Shown here in pieces: positions 20,017-30,347 of a stretch of DNA of 55,811 nt (its first letter is position 1; every line of letters starts with the position of its first letter). Under the pieces are notes generated by a model. The model was not told where the DNA came from. It was given only the letters and a program-made list of their open reading frames with translations, and made no database searches. The stretch is from assembly GCA_021820245.1 (NCBI GenBank), contig JAKADT010000001.1, positions 1 through 55,811 of the forward strand, written 5' to 3'. Position numbers and translations under genes: made by a program. The stretch is from Thermoplasmata archaeon (GTDB lineage: Archaea > Thermoplasmatota > Thermoplasmata > Thermoplasmatales > Thermoplasmataceae).

Positions 20017-20333
20017 TAATGACTACCTCCATTAAATGTAATGGGAATACAACTAAAACAATACTGTATATAATTTTTCTCTATGGTATACACTGCATGA
20101 GACTTCATTTCTCCAATTTTTCTCCCGGGTTCAATGTTCTCTATAAAAGAGTCGTGAACATTTTCACCACCGTATTCCGTACTTCTGTTCCCGTTGTATT
20201 TCATTTAGGTTTCAAGAGCGAATCTGCTCTTAAGGTTTTAGTGCGTTGTCATGCAATTTCGCAGTTTTTTTCGTTTTTCTGTTATGCATTTATGAATGAA
20301 AGCTGTTTTAAACATATACACCATGATACATTT

Positions 20334-21185
20334 ATGATTTACAGGGAATTTGGTAAAACTGGTTTTAAATGTTCAGTTATAGGCATGGGCACATATTATG
20401 ATCCGCTCTGGATACTTGGCGCGAAATTTTTTGGCCTCAAGAAGGGGGAGAAGAAACATACAGATGCCGTCACCGCCGGTCTTGATGCAGGCATCAACCT
20501 CATAGACACCGCTGAACTTTACGGTACTGAAAAACTTGTATCTCAATCTATTTCCGGACGAAAAAGAGATGAGATCTTTATTGCAACAAAAGTGTTTTTC
20601 AACCATCTCAGATACGATTCTGTCGTCAAGGCATGCGACCGTAGCCTCAGAAACATGGGGACCTCGTACATTGATCTCTACCAGATACATTTTCCAAGTA
20701 AAAGGGTGAAGATCGACGAGACTATGAGAGCCATGGAAAAACTTGTGGACGATGGCAAGATACGGCACATTGGTATAAGCAACTTTAATCTTCAGAGAAC
20801 AAAGGAAGCGCAGGCTGCAATGAAGAAATACGAAATTGTCTCAACACAGATGCCCTACAATCTTTCCAGACGGGAGTTTGAGAAGGACCTCCTGCCTTAC
20901 TGCCGGGAAAACCGTATAGCTGTCCTGCCATATTATCCTCTTGGACATGGGAAACTTATAGACAGGAACAGCTGGCCCCAGGATCTTCTAAATGGGATGC
21001 TTGAAAAATACAGAATAAAAAACACTGCACAGATCGCACTCAACTGGCTCATTACGAAAAGCGATCTCATATTCCCCATACCAAGGGCATCCTCCAGAGA
21101 TCATGTCCTGGATAACGCAGCTGCGGCTGACTGGGTCATAGATGCTGAGGACGTTGTAAAGCTTGAAACAGCCTTTCCAGTCTAA
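20334..21185 (+). CDS. Aldo/keto reductase
   Basis: IDTAELYG, FIATKV, YIDLYQIH and GKIRHIGISNF. True start is ATG 20334, not 19773. Confidence 0.93.
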   Translation: MIYREFGKTGFKCSVIGMGTYYDPLWILGAKFFGLKKGEKKHTDAVTAGLDAGINLIDTAELYGTEKLVSQSISGRKRDEIFIATKVFFNHLRYDSVVKACDRSLRNMGTSYIDLYQIHFPSKRVKIDETMRAMEKLVDDGKIRHIGISNFNLQRTKEAQAAMKKYEIVSTQMPYNLSRREFEKDLLPYCRENRIAVLPYYPLGHGKLIDRNSWPQDLLNGMLEKYRIKNTAQIALNWLITKSDLIFPIPRASSRDHVLDNAAAADWVIDAEDVVKLETAFPV

Positions 21186-21237
21186 CGAAAAACCGTTGTG
21201 GTGATAATATCTTTATTTCACAATCCCATTTCCTTGC

Positions 21238-22572
21238 ATGGATGAAACGGCCAGCCTTATTTTTGAAAACTCAAGAAAAATAATGTCAGGTGGAATGGGA
21301 AACGAAACTGCAGATGAGATAAAGAAGAGGATTCTGGACTCCTTTTATGTTGCGTATGGTGCCATGAATGCAGAGCCTGTGAACATTGAGAGAATGGCAC
21401 TTCTTCCCTCGTCGGGAAAAATGAACTCTACCCTGTATTTTACCAAACGAAAAGCGGCAGTTGATGTGGCCACACTGATCAATGGAAGCATGACAAGATA
21501 CCATGATTTCAGCGACACATACCTCTCAAAAGAGGCCTTGCATCCGTCAGATAACATTCCACCGGTATTTGCAATGGCGGAACCCATGGAATCGGAAGGG
21601 GAGGAGATCATAAGATCCATGGAAACATCATACGAGGTCATAGGGGCACTTTCAGATGCTGTCTCCATAAGGGACAGAGGCTGGGATCATGTCACATACA
21701 TATCGATTTCGGCCGCTGCCGGACTTTCTTCCCTCATGGGACATGACATTGACAGATTCATAAATACGCTCAATCTTGCAATCAATAACAACATAAGCCT
21801 CAGACAGACGAGAGCCGGGGAGCTAAGCATGTGGAAAGGGTGCACGGCGTCCAATGCTTCCAGAAATTCTGTTTTCGCCGCTCTTCTGGCCGATTCTGGT
21901 TTTACAGGTCCCTCTCCCATATTCAACGGAGAGATGGGGTTTTTCAAACAGGTTTCCGGTACCTTTTCCCTGGATTTCGCAAAGAACCACGTACTTCAGA
22001 CCATGATCAAGAATTATCCTGTGGAATACCATGCCATGAGTGCTGCCCAGGCTGCCCTGGATCTTAAAGAAAAGGTGAATGGAGATATCCTTGGAATTGA
22101 GGTTGAAACGTTTGAGGTTGCACACAGGATCATAATTAAGGATCCTGAAAAATTACGCCCTAAAACGAAGGAGACCGCTGACCACAGCATGCCATACATT
22201 ATTGCCTATTGCCTCACTTACGGTAAACCTGGACTTGATGCCTATGACGCTGAATATCTTTCCGACAGCAACATACTTTCCAGGATTGACATGATGAGGT
22301 TTACTGTTTCCGACAGATTCAATAAGATGTACCCAGAGTCACTTCCGGTCAGAATAAATATAAGGACGTCGACTGGCCAGTATGAAAAGGAGATAATAGT
22401 ACCCAAGGGTCATTACAAGGATCCGTACAGCTGGGATGACCTTCTGGCCAAGGGAATGAGCATAATGGGTGAGGAAAACGCAAAGGAAATGCTTAATGTA
22501 GTAAGAACCATGGAAAAGAGGAATGTGAATGAAATAGTTGAGGTGATGTCCAGTGTCAAGAATGAGAGATAA
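21238..22572 (+). CDS. prpD: 2-methylcitrate dehydratase, MmgE/PrpD family
   Basis: RYHDFSDTYLSKEALHPSDNIP, DRGWDHVT, GELSMWKG and ETADHSMPY; coupled to prpB. Confidence 0.92.
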   Translation: MDETASLIFENSRKIMSGGMGNETADEIKKRILDSFYVAYGAMNAEPVNIERMALLPSSGKMNSTLYFTKRKAAVDVATLINGSMTRYHDFSDTYLSKEALHPSDNIPPVFAMAEPMESEGEEIIRSMETSYEVIGALSDAVSIRDRGWDHVTYISISAAAGLSSLMGHDIDRFINTLNLAINNNISLRQTRAGELSMWKGCTASNASRNSVFAALLADSGFTGPSPIFNGEMGFFKQVSGTFSLDFAKNHVLQTMIKNYPVEYHAMSAAQAALDLKEKVNGDILGIEVETFEVAHRIIIKDPEKLRPKTKETADHSMPYIIAYCLTYGKPGLDAYDAEYLSDSNILSRIDMMRFTVSDRFNKMYPESLPVRINIRTSTGQYEKEIIVPKGHYKDPYSWDDLLAKGMSIMGEENAKEMLNVVRTMEKRNVNEIVEVMSSVKNER

Positions 22573-23443
22573 TATTAACGCCGGTCCCAGTGGATTCAGG
22601 AAACTTATGAACGACGGTTTCATAACTATTCCAGGTGTTTTTGATGGGATGTCGGCAATACTTGCAGAGCGATCAGGTTTCAGTGCCGCTTATCTTTCCG
22701 GATCGGCGGTGGCAGCCGTAATGGGTCTCCCTGATCTTTCACTCACCACACTAACGGAAGTTGCGCAGGAGGTCGGGAAAATAACCTCCATAACTCCTCT
22801 ACCACTTATAGTTGATGCGGACACCGGATTTGGGGAGACGATGAATGTGTCCCGCACTGTGAGGTTGCTGGAAAGGTCTGGAGCGGCTGGGATGCATATA
22901 GAAGATCAGGTACTTCCAAAGAGATGCGGCCATCTTAACGGGAAGAAAATTGTTGAACCTGACGAGATGATAAAGAAAATAACCAGTGCAGTTCAGGCCA
23001 GAAAGGACCCGGATTTTGTAATCATTGCACGAACTGATGCAAGATCGGTGTATGGTGTAGATGATGCCATAGAAAGGGCTAAAACATACTTTGAAGCCGG
23101 TGCGGATGTAATTTTTACAGAAGCTCTTGAGTGCAGGGATGAATTCAGGAAATTTGCCCAGTCAGTAAGAGGTCCGCTGCTTGCAAATATGACAGAATTT
23201 GGAAAGAGTCCCCTTCTATCTTCGGAAGAACTTCAAGATCTGGGATACAGAATGGTGATCTTTCCGCTCACTGCATTCAGGGCCACACTCAAGACCATGG
23301 CCGGCGTTTATGGAAGACTCTTCAGGGACGGTACCCAGAATGGTTTCATGGATATGCTCATGACCAGGTCTGACTTTTACAGCAGCATCGGTTACGAACA
23401 GTATGAAAATGATGACAGTGAAATCCTGGATAAATTACAGTGA
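22553..23443 (+). CDS. prpB: 2-methylisocitrate lyase
   Basis: DADTGFG, IEDQVLPKRCGHL, ARTDA and LANMTEFGKSP. Confidence 0.93.
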   Translation: MSRMRDNINAGPSGFRKLMNDGFITIPGVFDGMSAILAERSGFSAAYLSGSAVAAVMGLPDLSLTTLTEVAQEVGKITSITPLPLIVDADTGFGETMNVSRTVRLLERSGAAGMHIEDQVLPKRCGHLNGKKIVEPDEMIKKITSAVQARKDPDFVIIARTDARSVYGVDDAIERAKTYFEAGADVIFTEALECRDEFRKFAQSVRGPLLANMTEFGKSPLLSSEELQDLGYRMVIFPLTAFRATLKTMAGVYGRLFRDGTQNGFMDMLMTRSDFYSSIGYEQYENDDSEILDKLQ

Positions 23444-23474
23444 AGCCTCTCATGGCATCTTTCCTGAATATGTG

Positions 23475-23837
23475 TTAGATCACCTTAAGATCAACCCTCT
23501 GAGCTTTCCTGTTATATGCAGAGAAACTGCTTGGAGTGAACGGATATCCCACTATTATGTGTATTGGCCCTGTGTTTGAAAACATGTGCCTGTCCGCATC
23601 CGATGGTAGCGTCACACCGGAAGGATGCGAGTGTACCGAACCCACAAGTGAAAAGTCAATGGGTTTGTTGTAAAGGTAGAACATGGTGTGACGATCACCC
23701 TGAATTGTTCCGGGCATCAGCGCTATCTCATAAATTATGTCACCCTCAGCCCTAAGAAGTGCCCCGAATTCCTTGGGCATGCTGTCCCTGGATGCTTCCA
23801 TGATCATGCTGAGAGTCCGTCTCCTAATTGACCACAT
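23475..23837 (-). CDS. JAMM/MPN+ (Mov34) metalloprotease
   Basis: PKEFGALL and HSHPSG-x4-SDAD JAMM motif. Confidence 0.9.
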   Translation of the reverse strand: MWSIRRRTLSMIMEASRDSMPKEFGALLRAEGDIIYEIALMPGTIQGDRHTMFYLYNKPIDFSLVGSVHSHPSGVTLPSDADRHMFSNTGPIHIIVGYPFTPSSFSAYNRKAQRVDLKVI

Positions 23838-24642
23838 ATTTTATGAGCTTCTCCCTTATTCTTTCATAGAACGACTGCCTGAGTGTCACAAACTGTGCCC
23901 TGTGTTTGGATACACTGATTTCTACAGTATCAGAACTGTTTATGGGGTACTCCACCTGTCCATCCAGTATAACTGTGCACTGCTGATCCTTTCCCACCAG
24001 TTTCACCCTTACTGTTTCAGCCGGGGAAGCAACTATGGGTCTGACCCTTGTTCCAAAGGGTGCCAGATATGATATGACCATGGCATCCATCGATGGAAGT
24101 ACAAGTGGACCTCCAGCACTGTACGAGTAGGATGTTGACCCTATTGGGGTGGCAACAATCACGCCATCGGCATTTGTACCGTCTATAAAATTATCAGAAA
24201 CATAGATCTTGAACTTCCGTATCTTTGATATCTTTGATGTATGGATCACCACCTCATTCGTGCACTCTTCGACCTCCACACCGTTTATTTTCACTGAGAG
24301 CTTCATTGTTTTCTCAATCTTGTAATCTCCCCTTATTATACTGTATATGGACTTTTCAACATCACCTATTTCCACCTCGTTAAGGAAACCAAGCCCACCC
24401 ATGTTGATTCCAAGGATTGGCCCCCTGGCAAGCTGAAGGGCCCGAAGCGCAGTTCCATCGCCTCCAACAGCTATTATTATGTCAGCATCCAGTTTTTCCA
24501 GCTCTCTTCCTCTGGTGTTAAGATATTTAGAAGCCTCACTCTCATAGATCTTCTCCCACTCCGGCGGTAATATTTCAATTATCCTCTTCACTACATTGGA
24601 GCATCTCTTGCAGTCCTTCCTGACCACGAATGCAATTTTCAT
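23824..24642 (-). CDS. nadK: NAD(+)/NADH kinase
   Basis: GGDGT, GINMGGLGFL, NE and DGVIVATPIGSTSYSYSAGGP; ATGA overlap with the upstream gene. Confidence 0.95.
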   Translation of the reverse strand: MKIAFVVRKDCKRCSNVVKRIIEILPPEWEKIYESEASKYLNTRGRELEKLDADIIIAVGGDGTALRALQLARGPILGINMGGLGFLNEVEIGDVEKSIYSIIRGDYKIEKTMKLSVKINGVEVEECTNEVVIHTSKISKIRKFKIYVSDNFIDGTNADGVIVATPIGSTSYSYSAGGPLVLPSMDAMVISYLAPFGTRVRPIVASPAETVRVKLVGKDQQCTVILDGQVEYPINSSDTVEISVSKHRAQFVTLRQSFYERIREKLIKYVVN

Positions 24643-25403
24643 CTGAGTTCCTCCAGGATTTTCCTGTCGCATGAGGCATAGAATCGGTCCCGGATTGTTA
24701 CATCGAGTCCCATGTTAATTGGAGAATGAACCGAATCCAGAACCTCTCCTCCCGCTTCCCTGATCATTGCAGTCCCTGCCGCTATGTCGATATTACGTAT
24801 TTTGCTTTCTGGTGACATGTAGGATACCAGGTCCGCCGATCCCGTTGCAACAAGTGCCATTTCCAGAGAAGCACAGCCCATTATCCGCCTTCTGCCTCCC
24901 ATCCCAAGTATTCTTGCGGTGAATGTATCCATTTCGCTCCCAATATTTATTATGTAACTTCCTGTCCTGGAGGGAAACCTATTCTTCCCATTCTTCTGTA
25001 CTCCCTTCCCCTTTTCGGAATAGTAAATATCACCATTTGAAAGGTTCATTATGAATCCTGTTTTAAGCGATTTAAAATCAGAACCCATTATGGCCATTGA
25101 GATTGAATAGAATGGTATTCCATTCAGTGCGTTATATGTCCCGTCCAGAGGGTCAGCCAGGATGTAATCTTCATATCCCCGGTGCACTATGCCAGCCTCC
25201 TCCGACACAACATTGAATGGCAGATCAAGTTCATTGACACGATCAATGAGAATATCCTCACATATCTTATCCGGAACCTTTGTAGCTGTTCCGTCGGCCC
25301 CCATGCCGGTGACCTGGAACCTGACATCGCGATCAAGCATGGAATTCAGTGCCTCCATGGCCTCCCGTCCAATGGATTCAAAATTATTGTAATATGATTT
25401 CAT
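24639..25403 (-). CDS. Inositol monophosphatase/FBPase family phosphatase
   Basis: GADGT, SEEAG, DPLDGTYN and DIAAG...EAGG. Confidence 0.9.
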   Translation of the reverse strand: MKSYYNNFESIGREAMEALNSMLDRDVRFQVTGMGADGTATKVPDKICEDILIDRVNELDLPFNVVSEEAGIVHRGYEDYILADPLDGTYNALNGIPFYSISMAIMGSDFKSLKTGFIMNLSNGDIYYSEKGKGVQKNGKNRFPSRTGSYIINIGSEMDTFTARILGMGGRRRIMGCASLEMALVATGSADLVSYMSPESKIRNIDIAAGTAMIREAGGEVLDSVHSPINMGLDVTIRDRFYASCDRKILEELR

Positions 25404-25514
25404 AAATGGATGGAAAAATGAAAATCGTATATAAGTATGACTCAACGGATATTGTGCATCATTGCAGGTATAACCTGTAGAATATGGAATTGGTTTCCTG
25501 TTGTAATACTGGAA

Positions 25515-26336
25515 TTAATCCACAGTAGCAAGGCTATCGAGCAATATATTGAGTCTCTGTGGAATTCTCTTAAGTGCGTATTCCAGAACGTCTATGGCTT
25601 TAAGTGATCCGTCAGTTTCAAACTTGAAGATATATACTGTGTCATCTTCCCTTACATCAACGTTCTTGGTGTCAAGGAGCTCCTTGAGCCACCTGCATGG
25701 AGTGTCGTCAGAGAATATGATCTCCTTTGAGTTTTCCTTAATGACTGAAGATGGGCACTTTTCTTTGAATACTGCCCAGTTCTCAACCAGTTCTTTCTTT
25801 ACAATATACTCTCTGTGGTATTTGTACGAGACTGCCGAGGTTGCCTGCCATTTCGCATGATCCTTTGCCCTTCCAAGGACTGCCTCCGCACTCACGAGTA
25901 TAGCCTGATTTTTACCCAGTTTCACGATTGGTATTTCCCTGTCTGCAGGAACCAGTTCAGGATTGCCTACCGGTTGCATATCACCTGATGATACCGAACC
26001 TGGACCGATCTTGTTTATTGAATATGTCATTGTACAGAGTGCACATCCTTTTCCCTCACAGACACACTGGTCCCTGAAATTCATGGAGAGATCAGATACA
26101 AGTGGTACAAGTGAAAGCCTGTGGGCAACTATCTCGTCAAAAAGAGGTAGGGATGAATCGTAAACATTTCCTTCAGCATCCCTAATCTGCCCGTGATGGA
26201 ATGTTACCTTATCTATAGCAAGTTTTGGGATGTCATTTATTAGAGTCCTTCTCAGTGCATTGGCTATGGTGGGAGTTATTCCGTCAATTGAAAACCTGAT
26301 ATATCTGTCTTTCACTTCAATTAACTTGAGGGACAT
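25515..26336 (-). CDS. rpoD: DNA-directed RNA polymerase subunit D (Rpo3)
   Basis: [27 protein letters not shown] and FETDGSL; conserved operon position. Confidence 0.97.
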   Translation of the reverse strand: MSLKLIEVKDRYIRFSIDGITPTIANALRRTLINDIPKLAIDKVTFHHGQIRDAEGNVYDSSLPLFDEIVAHRLSLVPLVSDLSMNFRDQCVCEGKGCALCTMTYSINKIGPGSVSSGDMQPVGNPELVPADREIPIVKLGKNQAILVSAEAVLGRAKDHAKWQATSAVSYKYHREYIVKKELVENWAVFKEKCPSSVIKENSKEIIFSDDTPCRWLKELLDTKNVDVREDDTVYIFKFETDGSLKAIDVLEYALKRIPQRLNILLDSLATVD

Positions 26337-26340
26337 CTGC

Positions 26341-26724
26341 TTAAACTCTCCTGCCTCTCTTTCCGCCCTTTTTCTTTGTTCCATCGTGGGCTATGGGAGT
26401 TACCTCCTCAATTCTGACGATTTTGAATCCCGCTCTGGAAAGTGCCCTGATTGCGGATTGCGCACCTGGCCCTGGTATTTTTGATTTGTTTCCACCTGGG
26501 GCCCTTACCTTGATTATCAGTTCAGAAATTTCCTTTTCCCTGAGCTTTTCTGCTATGAGATCTGCTGCTTTCATTGCTGCATATGGACTGGATTCATCCC
26601 TGTCATTTTTAACTACCATACCGCCTGTTGCCTTTGCAAATGTCTCTGCACCAGTGGTGTCTGTTACCAGTATTATGGTGTTGTTCTGTGATGCGAATAT
26701 ATGAGCTATTCCTGTTTTGTTCAT
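26341..26724 (-). CDS. rps11: 30S ribosomal protein S11 (uS11)
   Basis: [20 protein letters not shown] and GGKRGRRV. Confidence 0.98.
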   Translation of the reverse strand: MNKTGIAHIFASQNNTIILVTDTTGAETFAKATGGMVVKNDRDESSPYAAMKAADLIAEKLREKEISELIIKVRAPGGNKSKIPGPGAQSAIRALSRAGFKIVRIEEVTPIAHDGTKKKGGKRGRRV

Positions 26725-27320
26725 GCTTTGTTCTCTCCCTTTGCCACTTCAGGTGCTTCCTCGACCTGTTCCTGCTGTTGTGGCTGTGCACCGTTAATGA
26801 TTACCTGCCTTATTGGGTGGAGATCATCGTTAAGCACAGACCTTTCGCTGTACCTGATTGTCTCTTCCTTTGAGCCTTCTACCATGATACCGGGCACATT
26901 TACTCTTCGTCCGTCAAATTCAACATGACCATGTGTTATGAGCTGTCTTGCCTGCTTTGGCGTTCTGGCAAGGTTTTTCCTGAACACTATTGTCTGAAGT
27001 CTCCTCTGAAGTATGTCGTCTATGGTTAGCGACAATATATCATCAAGGGAAGCGTTTTGACCAAGTATGCTGTACCTGCTCAATCTCTTTATAAGTTCCT
27101 GAAACTGTTTCTGGGAAAACTGGTCCTCTGTCCTTAATTTTGCCTGCAGCTTCCTTGCCTGACTCCTGAAAGAATCAAGCATTGCCTGGCTCTTCCAGAG
27201 TTCCCTTTTGTTCTTGAGACCGTATTTTACAACGATCTCCTTTTCTGAATCTATCCTGTCTTTTTCCCAAGGATGCCTTGGTGTTGAATATTTCTTCTTC
27301 GGAAATTTTGGATCTCCCAA
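26721..27320 (-). CDS. rps4: 30S ribosomal protein S4 (uS4)
   Basis: [20 protein letters not shown] and [10 protein letters not shown]; TTG start. Confidence 0.98.
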   Translation of the reverse strand: MGDPKFPKKKYSTPRHPWEKDRIDSEKEIVVKYGLKNKRELWKSQAMLDSFRSQARKLQAKLRTEDQFSQKQFQELIKRLSRYSILGQNASLDDILSLTIDDILQRRLQTIVFRKNLARTPKQARQLITHGHVEFDGRRVNVPGIMVEGSKEETIRYSERSVLNDDLHPIRQVIINGAQPQQQEQVEEAPEVAKGENKA

Positions 27321-27332
27321 TCAATTACCCCC

Positions 27333-27860
27333 TTAAGTCCCCTCTTTCTTCCTGATTACACCAACGCTAAGACCTTTCCTTCCGTTAGATCTTGTGCGCT
27401 GGCCCCTTACAGTTTTTCCCTTGTCGTGTCTCAGTCCCTTGTAGGATTTTATCTTCTTCATTAGGTTTATGTCATCCTGGATCATGATGTCCAGGTCATT
27501 TGAAACAAGATTGTAATTCTTGCCAGAGACAGTTTCGTTCCTGTGGTTCATGGTCCATGCCGGGAAACCAGCATATTCTTTTGATTCAATGAACTGCCTT
27601 ATTTTCTCTATATCCTCTTCCTTCATCTCACCAATCTTCTTTGTTTTTGGAAGTTCAAGTTTGTTCAAGATTGCAGTAGACAATCTTACGCCTATCCCTT
27701 TAAGATCGGCAAGTGCCAGCACAAGCTGCCTTTCACCGTTTATGTCACGGTTTGCAATTCGCACTATATACTGGAAATCTTCCCTTTTTACGTTTTTTCG
27801 GGTTTCCTTCTTTGCCTCTGCTTTTGGTGCCTCAGGTTCCTTTGTTTTCGGTCTAGCCAT
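27333..27860 (-). CDS. rps13: 30S ribosomal protein S13 (uS13)
   Basis: SYKGLRH...VRGQRTRSNGR. Confidence 0.98.
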   Translation of the reverse strand: MARPKTKEPEAPKAEAKKETRKNVKREDFQYIVRIANRDINGERQLVLALADLKGIGVRLSTAILNKLELPKTKKIGEMKEEDIEKIRQFIESKEYAGFPAWTMNHRNETVSGKNYNLVSNDLDIMIQDDINLMKKIKSYKGLRHDKGKTVRGQRTRSNGRKGLSVGVIRKKEGT

Positions 27861-28019
27861 TTGATCATCCTTTTAATTTAATATTACAAGACTGAAATTG
27901 TAACAGATGCGTGATGCACTGGTCAATAATCAATCTTTCTTCATTAACTGAAGTGTAGGCGGATTATTAAAGCCACAGTCTTAAAGGTTACGATTTAAAT
28001 CCCAATCTTAATCCCGTTA

Positions 28020-28776
28020 TTACTGTACCTTATCTCTTCTCCCTTTTAACCACGGTTCAATTGAAAGTTTTTCAAGCATCATTTTCATAATTTTCTGATC
28101 CTTTGTGAGTTCAACAGTACTGTGTGTTCCGTTGGTGTAGACAACCTCCTTGATGCCCTTCATTGTCTCCACAACCTTGTTGTATGTCAATCCACACCTG
28201 ATGGAAATCATGGCTATGATTGCATAGCCGAGAAGAAGAGAAAGACTCTTGCACGTGTTCCACTCTCTGTATGTGCATACAGGGAAACCCATATGTGATG
28301 TGTGGGACTGTATTGTCCTGTGCTTCAGTGTATGTGTGAATTCTGAATCCGAGAATTCAGGTGATGTGTGTCTCCCCATACCCTTCACGGATTCTGTCAC
28401 AGATCTTATCATGTCGTTCCTGCTGCTGAACTTCACATTCATCATGTTCACAAGGCCGTTCTCCGCTTCAGACAGGTTCCACTATCCTTCTTTCCGCCTC
28501 CCTCATGTCCGTGAGTCCCTTAACGGCAGGTATGAAATCGTCAATTATTCCAAAATTCTCTGCATAACGGTACATTATGTATGGTGCAGATTCCACGATC
28601 CTCCTTACCATCATTCTCCTCTTAGGTTCCTGGATCACTGTCTTTCCGTCAACAGTGATCTCCTTCCCAAGATACACAGGATCCTGTTTCACATCTTTGG
28701 TTCCCTTAACCCTGTGGTTTGTCACACGGTAAACATAGATGCTTTTTTTAACTGGAAGTCTTCGAATGAATGTCAT
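28020..28776 (-). mobile_element. IS1634-like transposase pseudogene (internally deleted, frameshifted)
   Basis: N-terminal YVYRVTNHRVKGTKDVKQDPVYLGKE fragment plus C-terminal VELTKDQKIM fragment. Confidence 0.7.
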
Positions 28777-28808
28777 TTAGTGTTAATGATGGAAAGATGG
28801 GTTACTTC

Positions 28809-30347
28809 TCAGTTTATCATTCCTATATCGCTACCGTAACTGTCCGAATCCAATGTGGTATCTGTCACAACGAGGTCATTCAGGCTTTTGTGAGTTGCAA
28901 CCCACATAAAAGGGAGCATTAAAGACCATAAAATTAGAGAAAATTTTATCTGCGTATAAATGCCCCAATAAGGATAAATCACTCTGTCAATCTTCATTGA
29001 ATAATAAAAAACAAATAATGGGACCATTCCAAAAAGTACTGTAATATATTCTGTAAGGCTGTTTTTTCCATCCCTTTTATAGAGCGAGTAAGATAAACCA
29101 AAGAGAAGTCCAGAAATAATTCCGGAAAGATCCATAAGAGCGTAGATGGAAGCTGATCTTAGAGCCATCTCTGTTAACATCGGCACATACCAGATTATGG
29201 AAATTGTGGATGCAACCACCACAAGAATTATAGGCAATTTTGAACCGGAGCCCGTTATTCTTAAAAGTTTTCCTATATAGATCATCATTACATATCCCGT
29301 AAATATGGTGATCATTGCAACCCCAAAAAAGAAGAGTGGATATGTCTGCAGAGAATAGTAAACTCCTAATGTAACAAGAACGGGTGTTCCAAGCAGCAGA
29401 ACTATTGTCGCTGAGAAAAGAAGATATTTCTTCCGAAACCTAAAAATGAAGCTATTGAAGAAAATTTTCCTGTTTTTCTTGTAAAATCTCGTTACGAGTA
29501 TATAGGTACCGACGAGGAGCAACAGGCTTAAAAGGATCAGCGGGAGCAGAAGCAGGTCTATTACAAATATTGCAACGGTTGGTAGCAGAGCGATGGCGCT
29601 TTCGCATTGGCAGCTCAAGGCTCCCACAACACCATATGCTGTTGCCTCGATTCCCCTGCTGGCAGAATGCCGGCTTACAACATAGGACACTATCTCGTAG
29701 TAATTTTCGGACACAAGGATGGCCAGAAACATGAAAATGAAATATTCCATGGGACTGATTATAATGTCAAGATGAGATGTAAGTATGACCATTCCATGGT
29801 ATTCCAGCAAAGGGACACTCGTTCCAAGAGCTATCATAACATCCTTTTGAGATTCAAATGTAATTGGAAAACCAGCAGGTTGATTTACAAATGTAAAAAG
29901 ATTGCCAAGCAGGACCATCAGGAGAAGAATCAATGCAAAAGCACCCATTCTCAAGTTTCTTCTGGGAAACTCACTGAAAGCGATTAAATTATCAAGTACA
30001 AGTATGAATAAAATAAGCGCAGACAATGGAAACAGTAGAGACCCATATGAGATCACTGAGAGTACTAAAAGATTCACAATGAGATAACAGGACAGATAAA
30101 ATGAGAGAGTGTTGAATCTACAGTAAGTAGCCCATTGAAATGAATAAACAGACAACAGTGTCACTATCATAAGGTAATAGTTGGTTGCATTGTCTGAATC
30201 CACATTTACGAGTCCGGATATTCTACCAAGGATAAAGTACCAGAATAGAAAAAAGAGTCCTAATAAGAATAGGACCGTGCGAATTTTTTCTTCATAACCT
30301 GCCGTAAAGGAACGTTTTTTACTATTTTCGGCAACATCATTCACCAT
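28809..30347 (-). CDS. Uncharacterised polytopic membrane protein with SCQCE motif, last gene of the respiratory operon
   Basis: 512-aa, highly hydrophobic; 11-nt overlap with the cytochrome b stop. Confidence 0.8.
   Translation of the reverse strand: MVNDVAENSKKRSFTAGYEEKIRTVLFLLGLFFLFWYFILGRISGLVNVDSDNATNYYLMIVTLLSVYSFQWATYCRFNTLSFYLSCYLIVNLLVLSVISYGSLLFPLSALILFILVLDNLIAFSEFPRRNLRMGAFALILLLMVLLGNLFTFVNQPAGFPITFESQKDVMIALGTSVPLLEYHGMVILTSHLDIIISPMEYFIFMFLAILVSENYYEIVSYVVSRHSASRGIEATAYGVVGALSCQCESAIALLPTVAIFVIDLLLLPLILLSLLLLVGTYILVTRFYKKNRKIFFNSFIFRFRKKYLLFSATIVLLLGTPVLVTLGVYYSLQTYPLFFFGVAMITIFTGYVMMIYIGKLLRITGSGSKLPIILVVVASTISIIWYVPMLTEMALRSASIYALMDLSGIISGLLFGLSYSLYKRDGKNSLTEYITVLFGMVPLFVFYYSMKIDRVIYPYWGIYTQIKFSLILWSLMLPFMWVATHKSLNDLVVTDTTLDSDSYGSDIGMIN

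Noticed and set aside
20016-20204. 62-aa ORF with TAATG coupling to the actin gene
   Set aside because: No recognisable motif and it spans the likely promoter region; not supported as a gene, though not excluded.
19773-20333. Long N-terminal extension of the aldo/keto reductase ORF
   Set aside because: It overlaps the actin gene antisense and is not protein-like; the family N-terminus begins at ATG 20334.
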